This document shows positions 52,586 to 64,000 of a DNA stretch of 64,000 nt, piece by piece (position 1 is the first letter of the stretch; each line of letters begins with the position of its first letter). The notes beneath the pieces are model-generated. The model worked only from the letters and a program-made list of their open reading frames with translations, had not been told where the DNA came from and did no database searches. Source of the stretch: Leucoraja erinacea (lineage: Eukaryota); contig NC_073381.1 of assembly GCF_028641065.1 (NCBI RefSeq), positions 59,830,001 to 59,894,000 on the forward strand, in the 5' to 3' direction. A program made the translations under genes and the position numbers.

Positions 52586-53855
52586 TGGTTCTTCTTATTA
52601 TTACTAAGCAGATTTATTAATTTTTATTTTTATTTATATTTAAATCATTTAATTTCCTTTAAATGTCTCTGACTGTCATATTTAAAACCAGTGATATGTT
52701 GTTGGCAAGGAGCTGGGAAAGGTGTGTTTCTGGGCAGCAGTAGTGGTGGGATATCAGGGTCTGCTGTCTAAGACTTGGTCTCCAAACATGGCTCACATAG
52801 ATAGGGTCTTGAAAGGTTTGTACAACTGTTGGAACATGCAGGTGAAGAACAAAGGCATGGTTTAAGTCAAGCACAATCTGACCCATAGTCTTGAGTGATT
52901 TAACAATCAACAATATAATTTACAGCTGGTGTTACATAAGTATGTTGATCTATCCACACATTAAAAAAAGTACTAATGGATCTAATCTCTAGGTTTAGTT
53001 TCCATAACAATTATAATGGAGACACTAAAATTTGAAAGCAGTACTTATAAATAATAACTGCTCATCTCCTGATTCTGAAATATAAACCTAATTTTGGACA
53101 TGAAAGGAATGTAATTTGAAGTGCTTTCCAACAGATTAATTTATATCTGTCTTTTTACTGAGCAACAATGTTTTGTGCAGGCTTAATTACAGTTTTGGCT
53201 GTTTCTTCTGTCGCCCAATAAAGTTAGTGGAATGTAAATGTGAGAAGTTGTTGAGCAATCAGCTTACATGGAACACTAAATTAGATGGATCTGTCAGAGG
53301 GATGTTCTGAGCCACACTGAATAATTTCCAAGCTAAGAGATTGGATATTTCATTAGCCTCCAAAACTAATTTATCAGCTGTAATCAGTAAAATAAAGAAT
53401 TAGAATAAAAGGAATTTTGTAATGTGAAGAGTTTCATTTGAGGGGAAAAGATCACTGACCATTGTGTGAACTAATCACTTATCAACATGTTCTGCTATCA
53501 ATTTGAAATCGGACCAGGCATCCAATAAAGTCTGCCTGTTCCTCCTTGATCTTCAAGCTCTCTAAGGTAATGTCTGATTCGTATTACCTGAATAATTTTG
53601 CACCTGCGGGTTTATTGAATATCCATAAAATAGAATTGTTGTGGTAATATGCATATTGAGAAGTCCAGTCATTAGTATTTGTGGCGGCATTGTTAATTCT
53701 TGTATTCAAGATTGTATTCAAAACTGTCTTACATATTGATCGGGGGATATTCTTTGTGCCTCTCATGAACCAATAGGCCTCATTCTATGCCATATCTCTG
53801 TGCACGGTAAAAGGCTCTTTGGCCCAACTTGCCAGGATGCCCCATCTGTTTGTTT

Positions 53856-54737
53856 GGCGGCGCGACTCACCCGTTGCAGCGGCCCCTACAGCCTGTCTGT
53901 CTTTTTTTTATTTTTTGTCTAGTTAAATGTAGTGTTTGGTGTTTTTTAATAGTATTTTTAAATGTGTAAATGTGGGGGGCGGGGGGGGCGGGGAGGGGGG
54001 GAAACTGTTTTAAATCTCTTCCCTGTCCGGGAGACCCGACTTTTTCCCTGTCGGGTCTCGGCTGTCGTTGGGGCCTAGCACCGTGGAGCGGCCTCCAGCC
54101 TGAACGACCCGGGGGCTCGGGAGACTGCGGAGCTGCGGACTACTCACCATCGTGGGGCTGGCCGGCCTCGGAGCGTGGGGAGCGGCGGTGACTCGCTGCT
54201 GCGACTCGACTCCTGGGGCTCGGAGGCTCCAGCAACGCAGCCGCAGGTCCGGTGGACTGGGACATCGGGAGCTCGCGGGGTCTGGGAGGAGAGAGAGAGA
54301 CCGCTTCCCGGAGCTCCCGCAACGCGACTTCTCCAGCCCGTGTCGCGGGGTTGGAACAACCCGGACCGGGACAGTACATCACCCGGCACGGCTTCATGGC
54401 CGTGGGACTCACCATCGCCCGTGGGGGTTCCAACCTTGGACTTTCAGACCGGGAGCGGGGCCGTAAATCGCCCCGCGCGGCCTAAAATGGCCGTGGGACT
54501 CATCATCGCCCGCCTGGGGCTTGGACATCGGGAGAGACACGGAGAACAGGGGAGAGAAAAGACTTGCCTTCCATCACAGTGGCTTCACTGTGATGGATGT
54601 TTGTGTGAATTTAATTATGTGTATGTCTGTAAGACAGTGTCTTTGTTTGTATGGCTGTGGAAACAACATTTCGTTTGAGTCTCACTGGGGCTCAAATGAT
54701 AATAAATTTGTATTGTATTGTATTGTATTGTATTGTA
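53856..54737 (+). mobile_element. GC-rich non-coding retroposon, apparently full length
   Basis: GGCGGCGCG..CAGCCTGTCTGTC + T-rich tract + G-run; hairpins CCATCACAGTG/CACTGTGATGG and TTTGAG/CTCAAA; ATGATAATAAA + (TTGTA)n. Confidence 0.8.
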
Positions 54738-55660
54738 CCTGCCTCAACTACTTCCTCTGACAGCTTGTTTCATATAGTACCCTCTATCTTCGGAATTAAA
54801 AATGTTGCCCGTCAGGTTCCTATTAAATAATTCTCCTCTAAAATCCATATCCTCAGATTCTTGATTCCCCTACTCTGGGTAAAGGACTTTGGGCATTCAC
54901 CCTAACTATTCCCTTCATGATTTTATACACTTCTCTAAGATCACCCCTCACCCTCCTGTGCTTCAAGGAATAAAGTCCTAGTCTGCCTAATCTCTTCCTA
55001 TAGCTCAAGCCTTCAAATCTGAATAACATCCTTGTAAATCTTCTCTGCACTCTTTTCAGTTTAACAACATCCTTCCTATAGCAGGCTGACAAAAACTGAA
55101 CACAATACTCCAAATGCAGCCTCACCAATATCTTGAACTGTAAATAAACTTTCATACTCAATACTCTGACTGGTGTACTCTGAAGGCCAATGTACAAAAG
55201 GACTTCTTGACCACCCCATCTACCTTTCAGCTAATTATGTACCAGCATTCCTTGACCTCTGTGCTCTCTAACACTCCCCAGGGTCCTGTCAATCACTGTG
55301 ATGGTCCTGCCCCACATTGACTTCCCAAAGTGAAATACCTCACACTTATCTGCATTAAACTCCATCAATCATTGCTCAGCCCACTTGTACAGCTGATCAA
55401 GATCCTGCTGTAATTTTTGACAACCATCTTCGCTATCTACGATACCACCCACTTTAGTGTAATCTGCAAACTTAATACCTGTGCCTAGTACGTTATCATC
55501 CAAATCATTAATATGAACTACAGACAGAAAATGGTCCAGCACTGATCCTTGAGGCACACCATTAGTCACAGGGCTCCAGCCCAAATAACAATCTACCACC
55601 TCAACCTCTGTTTCCTTCCATGAAACCTTCTATATCCAATTGACTAGCTCTCTCTAGCTC
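54738..55660 (-). mobile_element. CR1 LINE RT fragment
   Basis: VTNGVPQGSVL..INDLDD..KFADYTK; LEYCVQF..GLYSL. Confidence 0.88.
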
Positions 55661-55830
55661 CATGGAGGATTATTTGAGACCATCTTGGGCATGTCTTATC
55701 TACTGGAGCTGTTTGTTAATAACTACACCTTAACGAACCCTAACTCTAATGCATTTTCAAACCACCCATTCATCTACAGGGAGATTGTCCTATTGTTCAA
55801 GAGCTGTCCATATCCTCAAAGAAAAATGAT

Positions 55831-56032
55831 TCTGAATAATAGAAGAATTTTTGGAGAAAAAGTACTGTGGATTAATCAATTTTGTAAGAATTTAAGTAGA
55901 ATAAAGCTATTAATTTTTTTTTAAACATAGATCAATGTTTAAAAAAAAATTAATAGCTTTATTCTACTTAAATTCTTACAAAATTGATTAATCCACAGTA
56001 CTTTTTCTCCAAAAAATCTTCTATTATTCAGA
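55831..56032. repeat. 202-bp near-perfect palindrome with no spacer
   Basis: Two 101-bp arms symmetric about GA|TC (55931/55932); two mismatched pairs by manual alignment. Confidence 0.95.
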
Positions 56033-56616
56033 GCTGAAATCCGCGATGTGTGTGACACCATTGTTTTATCAGACTGCAAAGCATGCTCAAAATCTCATCA
56101 AAGTCAGTAAGTGAATTTGTGCTGTTTACAATGTTAATGATGGAGTGCTCATTGAGAAATATTCGGGCCACAGCTGAGCCGCACAATGCACTTTTATTGA
56201 CAGCTCATTTGTGGGTAGGAAGGAAAAAAGACATATGAGAAATGACGGTACACTTTTAACCTCTACTGGCGCCACAGTTTAGGAGGCGAGCCATCCGCCA
56301 TTATAATCTAACTAAAGATGAGCCATGGAGTTGATGGATGCGTCATGCTGTAATCAATAAATGCCAATCCACTGAGATAGAGACTGAAGAATTAGAGAAT
56401 TCAGAGACATTTTTTGTTTGGTTTTCATTGCGGAAATGTATATTCTCACTGCAGGTGAGGCCTCAGCAAATGTTATGTTGTGTTTGACTCTGGTTTGTAG
56501 AGAACATTTCAGAACTCTGCCAATCGCAGAGCTACAAATGGGAAGTGTGAGTTTTAATTGCTCTGTAAACCTTGGTCTGTGATATGCACCTTATTTTTCA
56601 CAACATGTAATATTGT

Positions 56617-57310
56617 TTTAGTATTGTCACGTGTACTGACATTTAGTGAAAAAACTATGTTTGCATGCTATCTCCACTACTCATATCTTACACGAGTACA
56701 GTACAAGCAAGAAATACACAAGTACTCTAGGTAGTACAAAGAAAAAATAACTAGAGTGCAGAATGTGGTGTTATAGATACAGAGAAAGAGCTGATTAAAA
56801 AAAGATCTAAAGGCCGCAACGAGGCAGGTTGGGAAGCAGGGACTACACCTTTAGCATAATAAAGGTTGGTTTAGTAGCCTGATAACAGCAGGGATGAAGC
56901 TGTCCCTGAATCTAGCGGTATGTGCTTTCAAGCTTTTGTATGTTCTGCCCAACAGGAGAGGAAAAGAGGAAATGTGTAACTAACTGGTCCTTGATTATGT
57001 CCTGAACTACTAGCTACCTCATTGGTGATCCTCAGACTATCTTTGATGAGACTTTACTGGCTTTATCTTGCACTAAACATTATTCCCTTATCATGTATCT
57101 GTGCACTGTGAATGGCTCGTTTGTAATTTTGCATTGTCTTTCCACTGACTGTTTAGCACGGAACATGTGACAATAAACTAAACTGAACTGAACTGGTTGT
57201 TTCCCAGAGGCAGCATGAAGTGTAGATGGTGTCCATAGCGGAGATGCTGGTTGGTATGGTGGACTGGGCTGCATTCACTACTCTGCAACTTCATGCAGAC
57301 TTGAGCAAAG
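56617..57310. mobile_element. Rex1/Babar-type 3' fragments in both orientations; continues at ~58735-58950
   Basis: Similar to 1141-1550 and 10290-10484; GTGACAATAAACTAAACTGAACTG tail. Confidence 0.65.
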
Positions 57311-57312
57311 TA

Positions 57313-58735
57313 AACATAGAAACATAGAAAATAGGTGCAGGAGTAGGCCATTCGGCCCTTCGAGCCTGCACTGCCATTCAATATGCTCATGGCTGATCAT
57401 CCAAAATCAGTATACCGTTCCTGCTTTCTCCTCATATTCCTTGATTCCATTAGCCCTAAGAGCTATATCCAACTCTCTCTTGAAAACATCCAGTGAATTG
57501 GCCTCCACTGCCGCCTGCGGCAGAGAATACCACAGATTCACAACTCTCTGGGTGAAATTTATTTTCCTCATCTCAATCCTAAATGGCCTACCTTTTATTT
57601 TTAAACTGTGCCCCTGGTTCTGGACTCCTACAACATCGGGAATATTTTTCCTGCATCTAGCCTGTCCACTCCCTTAATAATTTTATATGTTTCTATAAGA
57701 TCCCTTCTTATCCTTCTGAATTCCTGTGAATTCCTGTGAATATGTCCAGTCGATGCATTCTTTCATAGAAATATAGAAAAATAGGTGCACAAGAAGGCCA
57801 TTTGGCCCTTCGAACCAGTATCGCTATTCAATATGATCATGGCTGACCATCTAAAATCAGTACCCCCGTTCCTGCTTCTTCCCCATATCCCTTGTGTCCT
57901 TTAGCCCTATGAGCTAAATCTAACTCTCTCTTGAAAACATCCAGTGAATTGGCCTCCACTGCCTTCTATGGCAGAGAATTCCACTGATTCACAACTCTCT
58001 GGGTGAAAACGTTTTTCCTCATCTCAGTTCTAAATGGCCTACCCCTTATTCTTAAACTGTGACCCCTGGTTCTGGACTCACCCAACATCGGGAACATTTT
58101 CCTGCATCTAGCCTGTCCAATCCTTTAAGAATTTTATATGATTCAATAAGATATCCTCTCATCCTTCTAAATTCCAGTGAATACAAGCCCAGTTGACCCA
58201 TTCTTTCATCATTTGTCAGTCCCGCCATCCCGGGAATTAACCTGGTGAACCTACGCTGCACTCCCTGAAAAGCAAGAATGCCCTTCCTCAAACCAGGAAA
58301 CCAAAACTGCACATCATACTCCAGGTGTGGTCTCACCAGGGCCCTGTACAACCGCAGTAGGACCTCCTTGCTCCGATACTCAAATCCTCTCGCTATGAAG
58401 GCCAACATGCCATTTGCTTTCTCCACTGCCTGCTGTACCTGCATGCTTACTTTCAGTGACTGACGTACAAGGACGTCCAGGTCTCGTTGCACCTCCTTTT
58501 TTCCTAATCTGACACAATTCAGATAATTATCTGCCTTCCTGTTCTTGCTACCAAAGTGGATAACCTCACATTTATCCACATTATACTGCATTAGCTATGC
58601 ATCTGCCCACTCACCCAACCTATCCAAGTCACCCTGCAGCCTCAGTATCCTCCTCGCAGCTCACACTGCCACCCAGCTTTGTGTCATCCGCAAACATGGA
58701 GACATTACATTTAATTCCTTTGTCTAAATCGTTAA
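57313..58735 (-). mobile_element. Two tandem CR1 LINE 3' fragments (57313-57765 and 57765-58735)
   Basis: ORF 58052-58591 RT C-terminus, FADDTKLGG; two 3' UTR/tails. Confidence 0.93.
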
Positions 58736-61700
58736 TATGCCTATACTGCCTTGTAACTACCATACAAGCAGTGATCCAATCCTTACAAGATGCTTTCTGT
58801 GGTACATCTGTAGAAAATGATGAGTAATTGCGACATCTCAAATTTCCTTGGCCTTCTGAGGAAGTAGAGGCATTGGTATGCTTTCTTGGCAGCAGCATCA
58901 ATATGGTTAGACCCGTACTATTGGTGGTGATATTTATGCCCAGGAATAGAAGAAGTGGGATTATGTTTAGTTTAGTGATGGGAATAGGATCAGGGCAAGA
59001 TATTTTAAAGCTTGCTTTTAGCTGCAGCTGGAGAGTATGAAGTATTGACATCACTGCCCTACTGTCATCTCTGCAGTGGAATGATAAGCCTTGTCAGCCT
59101 GGACTAATGATGTTTCTCAAACAAAGCTGACAGGAGCTGGGTTACTAGGTATGAAAGTCATAAGGTCAAAAATCATAAGTATTAGGATTAGGATTAGGCC
59201 TTTCGGCCGATCACTTCGACTCCGCCATTCAATCATGGTTGATCTAGCTCTCCCTCCTAACCCCATTCTCATGGTTTTCATGCATCCAATGCTCATTCCA
59301 AACTTTCTTCCTGAATTCATATAACATGACAGAAATCCTTTCTAACAGATATACAGTAAATGTTCCCACTTTGGAGTGATACAAATCAGAGAGCACTTAC
59401 CAATACAATCGGGTTGTATCAACCCAATGACTTAATTAAACTTGCCTGGAGGATTGTAAGGGAATAAACAGAAATCTAATAAAAAATAAATAAAAAGATC
59501 ACATCTAAAATCCATCCAAGGTCAAAATTGGTGTTACCAGTTATTACAGTTCCCGTTATTGGTAACCTCTCCAGTGGTGATAGTTTAGTGCTGGTGAACA
59601 CGACGAGCTGGATGTATGCTCAAGTCATTCTTCATCTGCAAGTTTTGAACTCTGACTCTTGGATACATTTTTCAATGCTTTAGGTCTTTAATTATAAACC
59701 GTTGTTTCGATTGTGTTTAACAAATCATAGGATCAAAGATACAACCTGATGCACAGAAAACAATGATAGGGATGAATTACATATTTTGTGGCAATCTGTT
59801 ATTAGTCTCCTGATCCACATCCATCTTTGAACCGACATCATGGAAAATGGATTAATTTTATTACTGCTTCTGCAGGTACAAAACTACAGGCACTTAAAGT
59901 GATTTGTTGTGTGTGAAGTGCTTAGAGCTGCCTCTGTGAGATTGATGAAGTTTTGTATAAATTCAACCCTTGCAGTACATTATAGAGTAGAGGTCTCTCT
60001 GCATTGCAAATGTTTTCCTGATGTAAGGTTGCATAACAAACAATGAGTTCGCCTGTATCCAGATTGCTCAGCTGTTAGTCACATTGCTAAATTTATGGGG
60101 TCCATTTAATGAGAACCTTATGTTAGTAGGGATCTAATATCTCAGTGTGTCAGTGTCTTTCCCCTTGGGATTCTTGATCAATCAACAAAAGCAATGTTTG
60201 TGAATTATTTTATGAATATCTTCACTTGTGCCAGGATGTGCAAGAGTGCTCCCATAGCTCCACAAACACCACCATTGCTCCTACCCACCCCTCCCATACC
60301 ATGCCGAATGGGGGGATGCTTTCAGCAAGGCAGATTGTGCATTATTACCAACTCCTTTCCTAGCTCAAGCTGGCTTTGGTGGTGTGACAATTGCAGCCAC
60401 AATTTATGCTAATTGTGCTGATGTGGTCTGCAAACCAATTATCAATTAAACATGGCCTCTTTGTTAAAGGATGAAGTTCCAGCAAGGCAGTGGGCCAAAT
60501 GTAGATCTGTGCAGATTTTTACTTGCTTATATGAATACTAATGAAATATAGCTCATTATTTTGTAATTTCTCAATTTTGGAATGCAGGTTTAAATTGTTG
60601 GTAGGTTTTGAGGAACAAGATTTCTCGTCTGCTAACTGTTAAAATATTGAAATAAATCTATTTTAAAAAAGCTCAGGATGTTTTAGACTGGCGCCCTGCC
60701 AAGAATGGGTTCTCCAAGCACTGAGTTGCACTTGTGATGCTTGGAGAAATATAAAGATGGGTTCTCTCCTATTATTGCAGTCAAGGACGGAAGGCAAGCT
60801 TCAGTTGGGAACTGGATGTCCTGCAGTTGCTCCAGGATGCCTCAAAACGGACTGGATGGAGAAAGAGGAAAGTATTCTGTTGCCACACATAGGGCTCATC
60901 TGTCTTAACAGGTGCTGGGCAAATGCCACAACTCATGGTATGGTACTTTCTTTGTCACATGAACCGAGGTGCAGTGAATAAGCACAAAAGTAGAAACTAC
61001 ACCTTTCTTTTAAATCCTGCAACAGAGCACCTCGACACTGAAAATTTCCATTTGCAATCCGGGTGCTATATGATTGCCTAATACTTAATTTTCATGGTAT
61101 TTGGAGCAAGTACTAACTCTGAAAATGTTCAATTTTGAGTTGGCCAGTCCAACGGGATGTGAATGTTGTTGGGGCTGGTCCAGGATGAATGCATTTATTG
61201 TCAACATGTATGGGTAAAATTGTGTTTTAATTCTTCAAAACAATATTATCCAAAGAAAAGGCTCTGTTGCAAGCTTCCAAAATGCAAGGACTCAAATTCC
61301 ATGTGTTGTGGCACATCCTGGTATAAGTACCAGCATGTTACAACTGTAGATTATTGAACCCATTGCTAATGGGTTTTGTAGGATGATGAGATTTAAGCAT
61401 TTTAAGCATGTACCATTTACGCATGTCCTGGTGTAAGTGCCAGCATGTTACTACTGTCGATTATTGGCACAATTTCTGATGGGTTCAGAGGGGTGACAAG
61501 GGTCCATTTCAGGAGGGCTTCCACCTTGGGATATATGGCAGTGATGGAACTGCCCAGCATCTTCAACTACTGCAGTTAAATCCCCTAACTCTGTCCATCA
61601 CTTAAAAGAATAAGGAAGGACGGGGTGGTGTTGCAACTGCTGCCTAACAACTACAGTGACATGGTTTCGACACTGACCTCCAGTGAAGCCTGTGCTGAGC

Positions 61701-62585
61701 TTGCAAAGACATTTGGGTTCATTAACTTCTATAAATTGCTCCCATAGTATAGATGAATGGTAGATTGTGGGGGAGTGGATATGATGACTCTGTGAGCCAG
61801 CCTGGGCATGATGGGCAAAATTTTCCATGAGAAATTTGAAATTGTTCATATTGTATGGTACTCCAACTCAGAAATAAATGGGACCTCCTGGAGGGCCTCT
61901 TGTGATGATTTAGTTGATGTGACTCCAGAGTGAGTGAGTCAGCTGCCGGCCTTGTTTCTAGACTGAGCATATGATAACTCCAAGCACAGTGAGACCCAAA
62001 CACTACCCTGCTCAAGCAGTTGAGTTTGTAGAGGACAAGAAGGGGCCATGCCAAGTTTTAAAATGCTAGCTAACTCCAAGCTAAGCCTAGAGGCAGGTGG
62101 AACTGAAATTCTGACTCTCTTGTGAGTTATGTACGGAAGTCCTCTGAAAGGAACATGATTTTCTTTTGTGTTCCAATAGCGACTGTGTATTTCATCTTTA
62201 CCAATGACCAATAATCAATTTAACTGTCATAGAAACACCATTATAGAAGTTCTACAAAGGCCAAGGTTCACCATGATTGGATAACTTGGGATAGGCCATG
62301 TGTATGAACATTCTCGTGGTCTGATTAAAAGAAACACTACTCCAGTAGTTTATTCTCATTGGTTTTAACATTAGCTGGAACTTAGTTTATCTATATTTTG
62401 GTAATGAAAGGTCCTGAATAAATTTGAACCTAACAAAGCCCTATTTTAATGTTGGTACTTTTTCATGAGATATTTTATCATTAGCATAGTTTCATAGTTA
62501 TACCATATGTATCACAATTAAAAAATGATTAATTATCAATGGCGTTCTTTATCTATCATAATTATAATATGGTAATGAGTGCTAT

Positions 62586-62982
62586 GTCACCCATTCCTTC
62601 TCTCCAGAGATGCTGCCTAAGTTACTCCAGCATTTTGTGTCTAGTTTAGTTTAGTTTAGAGATCGCTTAGTTTTAGTCAATCGTCGGTTTAAACCAGCAT
62701 CTGCAGCTCCTTCTAACACAGTTTCTAAAGTTTGCCATTAACTATATTTTCTACAACCCTGCATCTCAGTCCTGAGAGTAAAATCTCTTTGATTCTGAAA
62801 CAGAATGGCCTGTTTTAAATGAAGATAGGTGTTTAAGAAGGAACTGCAGATGCTGGAAAATCGAAGGTAGACAAAAATGCCGGAGAAACTCAGTGGGTGA
62901 GGCAGCATCTATGGAGCGAAGGAAATAGGCAACGTTTCGGGCCAAAACCCTTCTTCAGACTGATGTGAGTCTTCAGTCTGAA
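62586..62982. mobile_element. Two Penelope terminal-repeat fragments (62586-62720 +; 62829-62982 -)
   Basis: Family sequence; minus-strand CTGAAGAAGGGTTTTGGCCCGAAACGTT at 62931-62958. Confidence 0.8.
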
Positions 62983-62984
62983 GA

Positions 62985-63268
62985 TGGCAAGGGATCTGCT
63001 CTAATGTTAACTCCGCTCCCCACGGTGGGGCTCACGACAGTCCGAGGCGGCTTCCAACTCCAGCGATGGTAGGCCGCAGAGCCCGGAGAATGTGATCCAA
63101 AAAATGATCTAATCTCTGTGAAGGTAAGAACCTGAAAATAGCTCCCCCTAATCCTCCCCCCTCCCCCCACATAAAACAAACCAAAGTACATTAAATCAAA
63201 CTTTTAACAACACTAAACATAACAAAAAAACAGACTGCCGGCAGGGCTGGCCATCTCCCCGGCGCCCC
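62985..63268 (-). mobile_element. 5' part of a GC-rich retroposon
   Basis: Same 5' module (GC head, GTCTG, T-rich tract, G-run) on the minus strand. Confidence 0.6.
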
Positions 63269-63809
63269 TGGTGGTCAAACACCACCCTTCCTTTGACACT
63301 GCACCATTCCACCTATGCAGGGTTAGTCCTTCCATTCCGTGACAAATTGTGTTCTGACGACTATTGATGTGTTGGGAGAAGTACATCCATCTCTATGTCA
63401 ATGCGATCACAAATGAACATTGGCTATAGGCGTGATGTGCAGGCAGCATCCTGAGACAAAAAAAGTAAAAGGTCCTCCCAACGTATGCGAGTGAGCTTGT
63501 CTAAATGTAAACCAGCATCAGGACATTTTATTCAACAAATTGTTGATATTTCTATTTTGGAACAATAATCGCAAAGTTTTCTTCGCAACTGACAGTTGAA
63601 TTGCTGCTGTAAAATATTCAAGAAGCCAACATACAAAGGTGGTGTTTTAGACAAAGCTGCATTGTCAGAATTTAAATTGCCTTCTATACTGGAATGAAGT
63701 GCATTAGATATCAGCGGCTAAGTTAAATTACATTTTCCTGCCTGGAGATTCTCACTAAAGAAAAAATATACCAAAAAGACACTGGAACAAACCTCTAAAT
63801 GGTTAAGAG

Positions 63810-64000
63810 TATTAACTATAAGGCAAGCCTGGACAAACTTGAATGTTTTCTCTGGAGCATCAGACTCTGAGGGGAGACCTCATAGAAGCGTATAAAATTA
63901 TGTGGAATAGATAGCAGACAGTCTGAACCATTTTCCCCAGGGTGGATATACCAAGGGCTAGAGAGCATTGCTTTTAAGGAGAGGAGCAAAGTTTAAAGGA
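63810..64000 (+). mobile_element. Degraded CR1 fragment running off the window
   Basis: SLEHQTLRGDLIEAYKI-like translation. Confidence 0.7.

Noticed and set aside
63261-63275. CTCF-like motif (CCACCAGGGGCGC on the minus strand)
   Set aside because: One base short of consensus and sits at a repeat boundary; not supportable from sequence alone.
16782-64000. Nested phospholamban (PLN) gene or CEP85L exon 3
   Set aside because: No PLN-like peptide or long exon-3-like ORF found by eye; a 52-aa ORF is below the track cutoff, so tBLASTn is needed to exclude it firmly.
1-64000. CRISPR array or prokaryotic operon
   Set aside because: No regularly spaced repeats and no gene-dense organisation; the sequence is a vertebrate intron.

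Overview
Eukaryotic vertebrate genomic DNA, most likely a cartilaginous fish (skate/ray-like), inferred from its repeat set: CR1/HER1-type LINEs and HE1-type tRNA SINEs. The only host-gene segment I recognise is one 162-nt internal coding exon on the + strand (16620-16781) matching CEP85L exon 2 (SDSGDTGIGTSxSDSxE motif), so the window is probably introns 1-2 of cep85l. The rest is dense in transposon relics: many CR1 LINE fragments (longest ~2.75 kb at 48.5-51.2 kb), Rex1/Babar fragments, tRNA SINEs, a hAT element with 8-bp TSD, a decayed 3-kb Harbinger-like element and Penelope (GIY-YIG) relics, plus two N gaps. Four signals stand out: (1) short Penelope-derived fold-back elements centred on a minimal hammerhead-ribozyme motif, some with 10-12-bp TSDs; (2) a GC-rich non-coding retroposon family with sequence-variable but structure-conserved hairpins and an internal pseudoknot-like module; (3) a 202-bp near-perfect spacer-less palindrome; (4) flank-mosaic segments that may be assembly artefacts. 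Family names come from recalled motif knowledge, not database searches, and most repeat boundaries are approximate.
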